From contig WANW01000096.1 of the NCBI GenBank assembly GCA_015521615.1, positions 1-61,188 on the forward strand: 61,188 nt of DNA, in the 5' to 3' direction. The stretch's first letter is position 1; every line of letters begins with the position of its first letter. The notes beneath the pieces were generated by a model that made no database searches, had not been told where the DNA came from, and saw only the letters and a program-made list of their open reading frames with translations. This DNA comes from Candidatus Hydrothermarchaeota archaeon (lineage in GTDB: Archaea > Hydrothermarchaeota > Hydrothermarchaeia > Hydrothermarchaeales > BMS3B). Positions 54,052-61,188 of the stretch are shown piece by piece. Both the position numbers and the translations under genes were made by a program.

Positions 54052-55620
54052 ATGCAGACCTGGCGACTTCTCGATACAGGTAAGCGCAGTGCTGCCGAGA
54101 ATCTTGCCCTCGACGAGGCGCTGCTTCTTGCAAGGGCGAGGCATTCAACGCCCAACACGCTACGCTTCCTCCAGTTTTCGCCTCATGCCGCGCTGGTGGG
54201 CTTTCATCAGAGCGTTGAGCTTGAGATACGCGAGGAATTCTGCAGGCAGGCGGGTATAGACATAAACCGTCGTATCACCGGCGGGGGGGCACTGTACTTT
54301 GATGAGTCGCAGCTTGGGTGGGAGCTTATCGCACCTCGTGGCTACGAGGCCTTTCCAAAGCGGGTGGAGGAACTTTACGAGGTTATATGCCGCGCCGCTG
54401 CTCGTGGCCTGAGAAAGCTTGGTATAGAGGCGAGCTTTCGCCCCAAGAACGACATAGAGGTCAATGGGAGAAAAATCTCGGGTACAGGAGGGGCGCTGGA
54501 AGAGGATGTATTCCTCTTTCAGGGCACGCTGCTCATGGACTTCGACGTTGAAACCATGCTCAGGGCGCTGCGCATCCCCACGGAGAAGCTCAAGGACAAG
54601 GAGATAGAGTCGGTAAAGGAGCGTGTCACCTGCGTTAAGTGGGAGTTGGGCCACTTACCTGAGCTGGATGAGGTGAAGCAGGCGCTGATGCAGGGCTTTT
54701 CTGAGGAATTTAATCTGCGCTTTGAGGAAGGGGAGCTCCTTCCTGAGGAGAGGGACCTGTACAAAAAGCTCCTGCCAAAGTTCAAATCTCGCGCCTGGGT
54801 GTACAGCACGCGGCGCGCGCCGGAGCAGCGCACCACACTTCGAGCAGCGAAAAAGACGCCCGGCGGGCTCATTCGCGTTCAGCTTGTCGTAGACGCGAAG
54901 AATGAGCGCATCCATTTTGCCTTAATTACAGGAGATTTCTTCGCCTACCCCAAGAGGGCGATATTCGACCTTGAAGCCAGGCTCAAAGACGCGAGCGCGG
55001 CGCCGGAGGAGGTTGAGAGGGTGATAAGACGCTTCTTCTCAGAGCGGGAGGTGGAGATTCCTGGAGCGAGTGTTGATGATTTCGTTGAAGTTGTGCTTGC
55101 CGCACTGGCAAAGCTCAGACTTAAGAAATACGGCATCGGCATAGAAGAGGCGAACCGCGTATTCACAGTGCTCGGTGACTTTGAAGATGTGCGCGCACCT
55201 CGCGCCCTGCTTTTGCCCTACTGCGCCAAGGCAAAGGATTGCGACCTGCGCTACAAGAATGACTGTAGAAAGTGCGGGCGCTGCACTGTGGGCAGAGCCT
55301 ACGAGCTTGCGGAGGAGCTGGGCCTAGAGGCAATTACAATTGTGAATTACGAGCATCTGGAGGAGACGCTGCGCAGTCTGCGCGAGCGGGGCATCTCCTC
55401 GTTTATAGGTACCTGCTGTGAGAGCTTCTTCATAAAGCACCAGCGCGACTTTGAGCGTCTTGGTCTAAGGGGTGTGCTTGTGGATATAGACAACACCACC
55501 TGCTATGACCTTGGAAAAGTTAGAGAGGCGAAGAAGGGCAGGTTCAGGGAGGAGACAACACTCAAGCTGGAGCTTCTCGAGAAGGTGCTCAGGCTGAAGG
55601 TAGACAGGAGCAACTCATAA
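54052..55620 (+). CDS. lipoate-protein ligase-like protein: LplA catalytic domain + LplB-type accessory domain + C-terminal Cys-rich DUF116-like domain
   Basis: The sequence begins MQTWRLLDTG...LRFLQFSPHAALVGFHQ...RRITGGGALYFD...NDIEVNGRKISGTGGA, a BPL_LplA_LipB pattern. ITGDFFAYPKRAIFDLEARL is the LplA C-terminal domain. LLPYCAKAKDCDLRYKNDCRKCGRCTVG...GTCCESFF is DUF116-like (memory). Confidence 0.7.
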   Translation: MQTWRLLDTGKRSAAENLALDEALLLARARHSTPNTLRFLQFSPHAALVGFHQSVELEIREEFCRQAGIDINRRITGGGALYFDESQLGWELIAPRGYEAFPKRVEELYEVICRAAARGLRKLGIEASFRPKNDIEVNGRKISGTGGALEEDVFLFQGTLLMDFDVETMLRALRIPTEKLKDKEIESVKERVTCVKWELGHLPELDEVKQALMQGFSEEFNLRFEEGELLPEERDLYKKLLPKFKSRAWVYSTRRAPEQRTTLRAAKKTPGGLIRVQLVVDAKNERIHFALITGDFFAYPKRAIFDLEARLKDASAAPEEVERVIRRFFSEREVEIPGASVDDFVEVVLAALAKLRLKKYGIGIEEANRVFTVLGDFEDVRAPRALLLPYCAKAKDCDLRYKNDCRKCGRCTVGRAYELAEELGLEAITIVNYEHLEETLRSLRERGISSFIGTCCESFFIKHQRDFERLGLRGVLVDIDNTTCYDLGKVREAKKGRFREETTLKLELLEKVLRLKVDRSNS

Positions 55621-55679
55621 GCTACATAAAGAGTACCCGGGGGCAACATATTTATTTCCCATCTGCATCTCTTTAAGCT

Positions 55680-57419
55680 ATGACAGCAATGGAGGAAGAC
55701 CACCTGGAGTTCCAGCTGAAGCAGGTTAATCCTGAGGAGACGCTGGAGGAGCAGTTTGTTAAACAGAGACAGACCTATCTGTTCTACAAGTTAGCGTGGA
55801 TACAGGAGTTCTTTGACAGAAAGAAGCTCGCACAGGAGCTTGCCTTTCTTGTGATGATGATATATATCTACGACTTTATAGATCGCCTTGGCATGCGCTT
55901 TGCCGACCGAATTCTCAACTTTTTATCCTTTACCGGCTGGCCGCTGGAAAAGTTTCGCTCCCTTATGGGGCTCAACCTGGAGGCCAAGATAGCCATGGCG
56001 GTGGCGCTTGAGTATCCCGAGAAAACTCAGGAGGAGCAGGAGAAGATTGTGGAGCTGGTAACCACCGCCTACTCTTGGCTTGGCCTTGCAAGAGAGCAGG
56101 AGTGGGAGATAGCGCGTGTTGTGAAGCAGAAGCGCTGGCTTTACTCACTCCTCAACTCAGAGCCGGAGCAGAAACGCCGTGAGCTGATTGAGAGACTGCG
56201 CGAAGGCGACGGAAAGCGAGTAGAGCTCAACCTTGTGAACATCGGTATTGTTCCAACTGAGCTCTGCCCCAACAGGTGCCGCTTCTGTCTCGCAGCCTGG
56301 AAGACGAGCTGCGAGGAGAGAATAGGGCGGAGCATAAGCGAGGAGGAGTTCGAGGTTATAGCGGATGAGGTTATAAACTTCGCAGATGAGCGTGGGCTTA
56401 TTATTACAGTGACAGGGGGTGAGCCCTTCCTGGAGCTGGAGCGCGTGCTCTACCTGGTGAAGCATGCTCGCTCCCGCCTGGACATAACCACCAGCGCCTA
56501 CTGGGCACGTGATATTGGCAAAGCCAAGGAGATTCTTTCAAAGCTCAGTGACGCAGCGAAGGAGAACCACAATGAAAACTTCAAGTTTACACTGCAGGTT
56601 AGCCTGGACGCCTTCCACCAGGAGGTGTTCTTTGAGAAGGGTGAGTTTGTGCAGAATGTGCCCATAGAGTGCATAATAAATCTGCTGAAGCTGACGCAGG
56701 AGGAGTTTCCGGAGATTGAGGTAGTTCTCCTCACAAAGCTAACGTCCTACGAGGATCCCCTCGCACGGCTCATAAAGCTGCTGGAGAAGCAGGGGATGAA
56801 GGTCAGGCTTACGCGGAAGGTGACGCAGCCAGGTGTTACGGTGAACCTCTTGGACGAAAATCGCAATCTCGTGGCAAAGCCGGCGCTGCTCAAGGCTTAC
56901 CTGGAGTTTGAGGGGACGCCTGGAAAGCCGGTGCTTATCTTCTATACAGTGGTGGAGAGCATGGGCAAGGCTTCAGCACTCGACGCCTTTGAGTTTCCGG
57001 GCTTCAGAGAACAGGTGCAGGAGCTTCTCAGGGGTAAGAGTGAGATTAAGCTTCCGCTTATAGGCCTCGAGGTGAGTGATGATGGCAATGTTTATCCAGG
57101 GGCACATTCTCTCTATGCCTGGAGCGCTGGAAACCTCCTTGAAGAAGGGCTGGAAGATATATATGAGCGTCTGAGCTACGACCCTCTCATAGTCACCCTT
57201 GCAGAAGAACCCGCAAAGATCTTCGAGATAGCGCGGGAGGTTGAAGGCGAGCGCGTTGATGCGGTAGCTATAAAGGAATCCTCACCTTTAGCTGCGGTGT
57301 ATAAGATTCTGGAAGCTCCCTGGATGCGTCTGTACATTACGCGGCGCCTTCTCGGTGAGTCCCAGGAAAAGGCAAAGGAGGAGTACCAGAAATACAGAGA
57401 GGAGTATCGCCCTGAATAA
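55680..57419 (+). CDS. radical SAM protein with a ~190-aa N-terminal helical extension
   Basis: CPNRCRFC lies at residues 196-203 and TVTGGEPF is the SAM-binding GGE motif. There is no second Cys cluster. An ATATTTAT box lies about 30 nt upstream with no SD, which suggests a leaderless start (inference). Confidence 0.75.
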   Translation: MTAMEEDHLEFQLKQVNPEETLEEQFVKQRQTYLFYKLAWIQEFFDRKKLAQELAFLVMMIYIYDFIDRLGMRFADRILNFLSFTGWPLEKFRSLMGLNLEAKIAMAVALEYPEKTQEEQEKIVELVTTAYSWLGLAREQEWEIARVVKQKRWLYSLLNSEPEQKRRELIERLREGDGKRVELNLVNIGIVPTELCPNRCRFCLAAWKTSCEERIGRSISEEEFEVIADEVINFADERGLIITVTGGEPFLELERVLYLVKHARSRLDITTSAYWARDIGKAKEILSKLSDAAKENHNENFKFTLQVSLDAFHQEVFFEKGEFVQNVPIECIINLLKLTQEEFPEIEVVLLTKLTSYEDPLARLIKLLEKQGMKVRLTRKVTQPGVTVNLLDENRNLVAKPALLKAYLEFEGTPGKPVLIFYTVVESMGKASALDAFEFPGFREQVQELLRGKSEIKLPLIGLEVSDDGNVYPGAHSLYAWSAGNLLEEGLEDIYERLSYDPLIVTLAEEPAKIFEIAREVEGERVDAVAIKESSPLAAVYKILEAPWMRLYITRRLLGESQEKAKEEYQKYREEYRPE

Positions 57420-57485
57420 TAAAATTATTCTGTTTTGTATTACTATTTCCTAAACTTTGCCATTTCTATATGTAATGGCACAAAG

Positions 57486-57493
57486 TTATAAAT
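57486..57493 (+). promoter_or_regulatory. TATA-box-like element (TTATAAAT) upstream of the small ORFs / SPASM gene
   Basis: It lies about 38 nt upstream of ATG 57528. It is immediately followed by ATATCCTGCCGATTCAAA, a motif also present downstream of the TATA of the gene at 53091. Confidence 0.35.
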
Positions 57494-57527
57494 ATCCTGC
57501 CGATTCAAAAATAGTCAGGGTGATTAA

Positions 57528-57596
57528 ATGAAAATCGTGAAGAAGGAAAAGAAAGTTGCATATGCGACATGTAAGTGCCATAAGAGCTGCATGTAG
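57528..57596 (+). CDS. unannotated 22-aa Lys/Cys-rich ORF, candidate precursor peptide
   Basis: Hand translation gives MKIVKKEKKVAYATCKCHKSCM*, with 7 Lys and a C-x-C-x3-C tail. The SD GGTGA lies 4 nt before the ATG. Frame indexing was cross-checked against track ORF 57556. Confidence 0.55.
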   Translation: MKIVKKEKKVAYATCKCHKSCM

Positions 57597-57627
57597 CTCT
57601 TTTTCTTTTATTTTTGAGGTGATTCTA

Positions 57628-57768
57628 ATGGACCTAACCGAGGAGATTCGAGCGAGGGTGTGCAGACGTTGCGACTTTTACAAGGAGGGCGAGACCCTGG
57701 AGTGTGCCGCCTTCAAGACAGCGAAGCGCCTTGTTGAACAGGGGAAGGTCAGCCTGGATGAAATATAA
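57628..57768 (+). CDS. small 46-aa CxxC protein (accessory protein or second precursor)
   Basis: The sequence is MDLTEEIRARVCRRCDFYKEGETLECAAFKTAKRLVEQGKVSLDEI. The SD GAGGTGA lies 5 nt before the ATG. The track ORF 57556..57768 starts at a TTG that overlaps the 22-aa ORF. Confidence 0.6.
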   Translation: MDLTEEIRARVCRRCDFYKEGETLECAAFKTAKRLVEQGKVSLDEI

Positions 57769-57779
57769 TCTGAATCGCC

Positions 57780-58961
57780 ATGTATCCCAGACTTAAGAAC
57801 TGTGTGCTACGCGCTGGTGAGGGCTATTTTCTTTACAATTATGTTGAGGATGTGGTTTATGAGCTTGACCTTGAGGCGCTGGAGCTGCTGCGCTGCTTCA
57901 CAGGTAAAAACAGCCTTGAAGCTCTGGCATGCGAATTTGGAGAGGGGAAGGTAAGGGAGGTGGTGGAGTACCTCCTGGGCGAGGGTTGTCTCGTCGATGA
58001 GCATAACGAAGATGCGCCGCAGAGCTTTATTGTAGAGCACTTTACGCCGTCGCTGCGCTACCTTCAGCTTCACATCACAGAACGGTGCAACCTCGCGTGC
58101 AGGCACTGCTACCTGGGTGAGAAGTCATGCATAGACCTGCCCAGAGAACTCGCCTTTAAGGCGGTGGAGGAGTTCTCACGCTTCGGGTGGAAGCTTTTAA
58201 TCACCGGCGGAGAGCCCATGCTCTCTCCCTACTTCTGGGAGCTGGTGAGCTTCGCTTCTCAACTTGGTGTACGCTTGGTGGTGCTCACCAATGGTACGCT
58301 TATCAGCGAAGCCACCGCAAAGCGCCTCGCCGAGCATGTTCATGAGGTGCAAATTAGTTTAGATGGCATTAAGCACGGACATGAGGCGCTCCGCGGGGAG
58401 GGAAGCTTCGCTAAAACACTTCGCGGAATAGAGGCAGCCGCCAAATACATGAGGGTGAGTATTGCTACAATGATTCATCGTGAGAATTTAAAAGAGTTCC
58501 CGCAGCTTGAGAAGCTTATTAAAAGCTTGGGTGTAGAGGAGTGGAGCCTGGATGTGCCCTCCCCCAAGGGGAGCTTACTGGAGAACGCGGAGCTTCTCCC
58601 GCCCCTTGAAGAGGCTGCAAGGATATACTCGAAGTATGGCTTCTCCTCCGGTGTGCATGAGGGTAGCGCTGAATATGCTTGCGGCGCTCACCTCTGCTCA
58701 GTTAATGTAAAAGGCGAAGTGACAAAGTGCGGATTCTTTGAGCATGGGGTGGGCAATCTTGCAGAAATTTCACTTAAAGAAGGCTGGAAGAGGATAGTTG
58801 AGAGCTATCTGCCAAAGCTGAGCGAACTCGCTTGTGCAGATTGCAAATACCTCAGCGCCTGTAGAGGTGGGTGTAGATTCAGAGCACTAAGCGAGGGAGA
58901 CTTTCTGGGCAAAGATAGCTTTCTATGCCTGCTCTACTCAAAGGTTCACAATCTTCAGTGA
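57780..58961 (+). CDS. radical SAM / SPASM-like peptide maturase with an N-terminal PqqD-type (RRE-like) domain
   Basis: The N-terminal ~85 aa (YFLYNYVEDVVYELDLEALELLRCFTGKNSLEALACEFGEGKVREVVEYLLGEGCLVDE) reads like a PqqD/RiPP-recognition element. CNLACRHC is CxxxCxxC. The C-terminus is CGAHLCSVNVKGEVTKCGFF...CADCKYLSACRGGCRF. Confidence 0.8.
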   Translation: MYPRLKNCVLRAGEGYFLYNYVEDVVYELDLEALELLRCFTGKNSLEALACEFGEGKVREVVEYLLGEGCLVDEHNEDAPQSFIVEHFTPSLRYLQLHITERCNLACRHCYLGEKSCIDLPRELAFKAVEEFSRFGWKLLITGGEPMLSPYFWELVSFASQLGVRLVVLTNGTLISEATAKRLAEHVHEVQISLDGIKHGHEALRGEGSFAKTLRGIEAAAKYMRVSIATMIHRENLKEFPQLEKLIKSLGVEEWSLDVPSPKGSLLENAELLPPLEEAARIYSKYGFSSGVHEGSAEYACGAHLCSVNVKGEVTKCGFFEHGVGNLAEISLKEGWKRIVESYLPKLSELACADCKYLSACRGGCRFRALSEGDFLGKDSFLCLLYSKVHNLQ

Positions 58962-59335
58962 CCCCTCATAGTCACCGCTTTTTTGAACTCCTCCCATCCT
59001 ATAGCAACATCCAGCGTATACCCCTCACCTGCCATTGCCTTCATCATGTTCATAACCCTCTCCCTGAGCTTTTCCTTCCCGAACTCTTCCACCTCATCAT
59101 GCTTTTCCGGGAAGTAGTACACCATAAGCCTCTCCCCCATGTCATGGTAAAGCAGGGGAATTTCATAGCGATTGAGCTTCCCGCACCTCTCACAAATGGC
59201 CATGTTAAGCTCGTTATTTAAGAGTTTGCCCTTCAGCTCAGGATCGAGAGTAACATTTACACTGTGGTAGAGTGCAGCTTCAACATCACCCCCACACCAA
59301 CCGCATTTCAGTTTGTAAATACCCACCTGAGTCAT
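58955..59335 (-). CDS. CpXC-like zinc-ribbon domain protein
   Basis: The start MTQVGIYKLKCGWCGG is at 59335. The sequence continues ...SVNVTLDPELKGKLLNNELNMAICERCGK..., and the pattern resembles the CpXC domain family. Confidence 0.55.
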   Translation of the reverse strand: MTQVGIYKLKCGWCGGDVEAALYHSVNVTLDPELKGKLLNNELNMAICERCGKLNRYEIPLLYHDMGERLMVYYFPEKHDEVEEFGKEKLRERVMNMMKAMAGEGYTLDVAIGWEEFKKAVTMRGH

Positions 59336-59475
59336 ATCCCTGCCCCCATATATGCTACATACCATAAAAATACCGTCCTCTGATATAGTTGTTATTATTT
59401 GTGGTGTTTATATAAATTTATAAAGGAGTTTGCCACAACACCAGCTTTTAAAAAGCATGAGAAAAACAAAGACGG

Positions 59476-61095
59476 TTAAAACTCCGGCATCGATGGCATC
59501 TCTGGTTTCTCACCTTCCTGCTCTTTCTCAAGTTTGCCTGCGGCGATTATGTCGTCTATGCGGAGAATCATCACCGCAACTTCACTCGCTGAGGAGATTG
59601 CCTGTGTTTTTACATTTACAGGTGTTATAAGCCCTGCCTTGAAGGTATCCTTGAGCTCACCGGTTGTTACGTCATAACCGTAGTCAGGACTCTTCTCATG
59701 GGCCTTTCTCAGCTCCACCAGCACATCGATGGGGTCCAGGCCAGCGTTCTCTGCCAGAGCGCGTGGAATTGCTTCAATGGCATCCGCAAAAGCTTCAATT
59801 GCGAGCTGCTCTCTACCCCCGACTGTGACAGCGTACTCCCTGAGCTTCCTTGCAACCTCCACTTCAGGTGCCCCGGCTCCAGCTACCACTTTGCCTGCGC
59901 GTATTGCTGCAGTTACAACACCTATCGCATCCTCAATGGCGCGCTCCGCTTCGTTCACCACATGCTCAGTACCGCCACGCACAAGTATTGTCACTGCCTT
60001 TGGGTCCCTGCACTCGCGTACAAACACCATCTCGTCATCGCCTATCTTTACCTCCTCCACCACGCCAGCATAGCCTAAATCGGAGCTGCTCAGGTTCTCA
60101 AGGCTTGAGACTATCTTAGCTCCCGTTGCCTTGGCAAGTTTTTTAATATCGCTCTGCTTAACCCTGCGCACCGCAAAAATACCCTCCTTGGCGAGGAAGT
60201 GCTGCGCCAGGTCGTCTATACCCTTCTGACATAGAACAACATTGGCCCCGCTCGCCTTAATCTTCTCCACCATGCTGCGGAGCATGCGCTCCTCCTCATC
60301 CATAAATGCCTGAAGCTGGTCGGGGGCGGTTATGTTGATTTTAGCATCAACCTCAGTCTTCTTAACTTCCAGTGCAGTTTTGAGCAGTGCAATCTTTGCG
60401 TCCTTCACCGAGCGGGGCATTCCAGCATGCACCTTCTCTTTGTCCAGGACAATACCATTCACCAGCTGGGTGTCCTCTATACCGCCGCCGGCCTTCTTTT
60501 CTATCTTTATCAAATCCCTGTCAACCACACTATTCTCACGCACCCTCTGCACAGCTTCCACGACTATGCTCGCCAGGTGCTCCTTCGCCTTTTCCGCTCC
60601 CTTACCAGTCATTGCCATTATGGCGACCTTCTTCAGCATTTCTGCGTCATCTGGGGAAATCTCATGCGCCATTTCATTGAGAATCTCCCTCGCCTTTTCA
60701 GCGGCCATGCGGTAACCCCTTGCAATAAGCGTTGCGTGCACTTCTTGGTCGAGGAGCTCTTCTGCTCGCTTGAGAAGTTCACCTGCAAGCACCACTGCCG
60801 TTGTGGTACCGTCGCCGACCTCGCTCTCCTGGGTTTTGGCTATCTCCACTATCATCTTGCCCACAGGATGTTCTATGTCCATCTCCTTGAGTATTGTGAC
60901 GCCATCGTTGGTTATTGTGACATCGCCCAGGCTATCGACAAGCATCTTGTCCATCCCTTTAGGTCCGAGCGTAGTTCGCAGAGTCTCAGCTATTATCCTC
61001 GCCACCATTATATTTGTGCGCCTCGCCTCACTACCACGGGTGCGCTGTGTACCCTCCTTAAGAATAAGCACAGGCTGCCCTCCCATCGTTGCCAT
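59476..61095 (-). CDS. ths: thermosome subunit (group II chaperonin)
   Basis: The sequence contains [29 protein letters not shown]...[10 protein letters not shown]...ITNDGVTIL...VGDGTTT...VAGAGAPE. The C-terminal tail is [12 protein letters not shown]. Confidence 0.92.
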   Translation of the reverse strand: MATMGGQPVLILKEGTQRTRGSEARRTNIMVARIIAETLRTTLGPKGMDKMLVDSLGDVTITNDGVTILKEMDIEHPVGKMIVEIAKTQESEVGDGTTTAVVLAGELLKRAEELLDQEVHATLIARGYRMAAEKAREILNEMAHEISPDDAEMLKKVAIMAMTGKGAEKAKEHLASIVVEAVQRVRENSVVDRDLIKIEKKAGGGIEDTQLVNGIVLDKEKVHAGMPRSVKDAKIALLKTALEVKKTEVDAKINITAPDQLQAFMDEEERMLRSMVEKIKASGANVVLCQKGIDDLAQHFLAKEGIFAVRRVKQSDIKKLAKATGAKIVSSLENLSSSDLGYAGVVEEVKIGDDEMVFVRECRDPKAVTILVRGGTEHVVNEAERAIEDAIGVVTAAIRAGKVVAGAGAPEVEVARKLREYAVTVGGREQLAIEAFADAIEAIPRALAENAGLDPIDVLVELRKAHEKSPDYGYDVTTGELKDTFKAGLITPVNVKTQAISSASEVAVMILRIDDIIAAGKLEKEQEGEKPEMPSMPEF

Positions 61096-61188
61096 CACAT
61101 CAGACACCTCCATCTCCATTATAGTAAGTAATGGTTAGAAAAATATTAACGGCGTGGCTTTTATTTTTTGCGCTTCTTACAGCTTCAA

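Noticed and set aside
57556-57627. N-terminal extension of track ORF 57556..57768 (MHMRHVSAIRAACSSFSFIFEVIL...)
   Set aside because: It starts at a TTG inside the 22-aa ORF and has no SD. The internal ATG 57628 is preceded by a near-perfect GAGGTGA.
59380-59430. 7-bp inverted repeat (TGGTGTT...AACACCA) flanking the TATA-like region upstream of the CpXC-like gene
   Set aside because: It is short and imperfect, so it could easily arise by chance in an AT-rich promoter or terminator spacer. Nothing supports a function.
61096-61188. Heat-shock operator (HSR1 CTAAC-N5-GTTAG or Phr-type) upstream of the thermosome gene
   Set aside because: There is a GTTAG...TTAAC pair and a CCATTA-N7-TAATGG palindrome. 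Orientation, spacing and sequence do not match the known operators I recall. The window ends before the full promoter.

Overview
The window is a gene-dense, mostly housekeeping stretch of an archaeal chromosome, euryarchaeal in style and possibly from a thermophile (inference). Archaeal markers are a thermosome subunit, an intein-containing adenosylcobalamin class II ribonucleotide reductase, MfnB, DUF373 and DUF460 proteins, an L13e-like protein, and two tRNAs without encoded CCA. About 66 protein genes can be supported. They include hisS, truA, glyA, purC, metG, trpA, an FrdAB/SdhAB-like pair, an aldehyde:ferredoxin oxidoreductase, LivHM permeases, and a MacB-type ABC operon with a COG1361 surface protein. 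I also support tRNA-Lys(CUU) and tRNA-Phe(GAA). I saw no rRNA, CRISPR array, transposase or integrase.

Most interesting:
1. At 54.0-59.0 kb, a fused LplA+LplB+DUF116 ligase-like gene and an N-extended radical SAM gene are followed by two unannotated small Cys-containing ORFs (22 and 46 codons, both with strong SD sequences). These sit directly upstream of a radical SAM/SPASM gene whose N-terminus reads like a PqqD-type peptide-recognition domain. I read this as a candidate undescribed peptide or cofactor maturation system. The alternative is a LipS-type lipoate assembly module.
2. At 15.2-17.1 kb there is a second minimal cassette: a half-size EamA transporter, an unannotated 36-42-codon ORF, and a radical SAM/SPASM gene.
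3. A translationally coupled operon encodes an LVIVD lipoprotein, a sensor kinase with a CxxCH motif, a REC-ArsR regulator and a thioredoxin-fold protein.
4. A stand-alone two-CW protein lies next to a 283-bp structured convergent spacer that may encode an ncRNA.

All family assignments come from motif recognition by eye and memory. No searches were run. Hand-derived coordinates were cross-checked against the ORF track frames.
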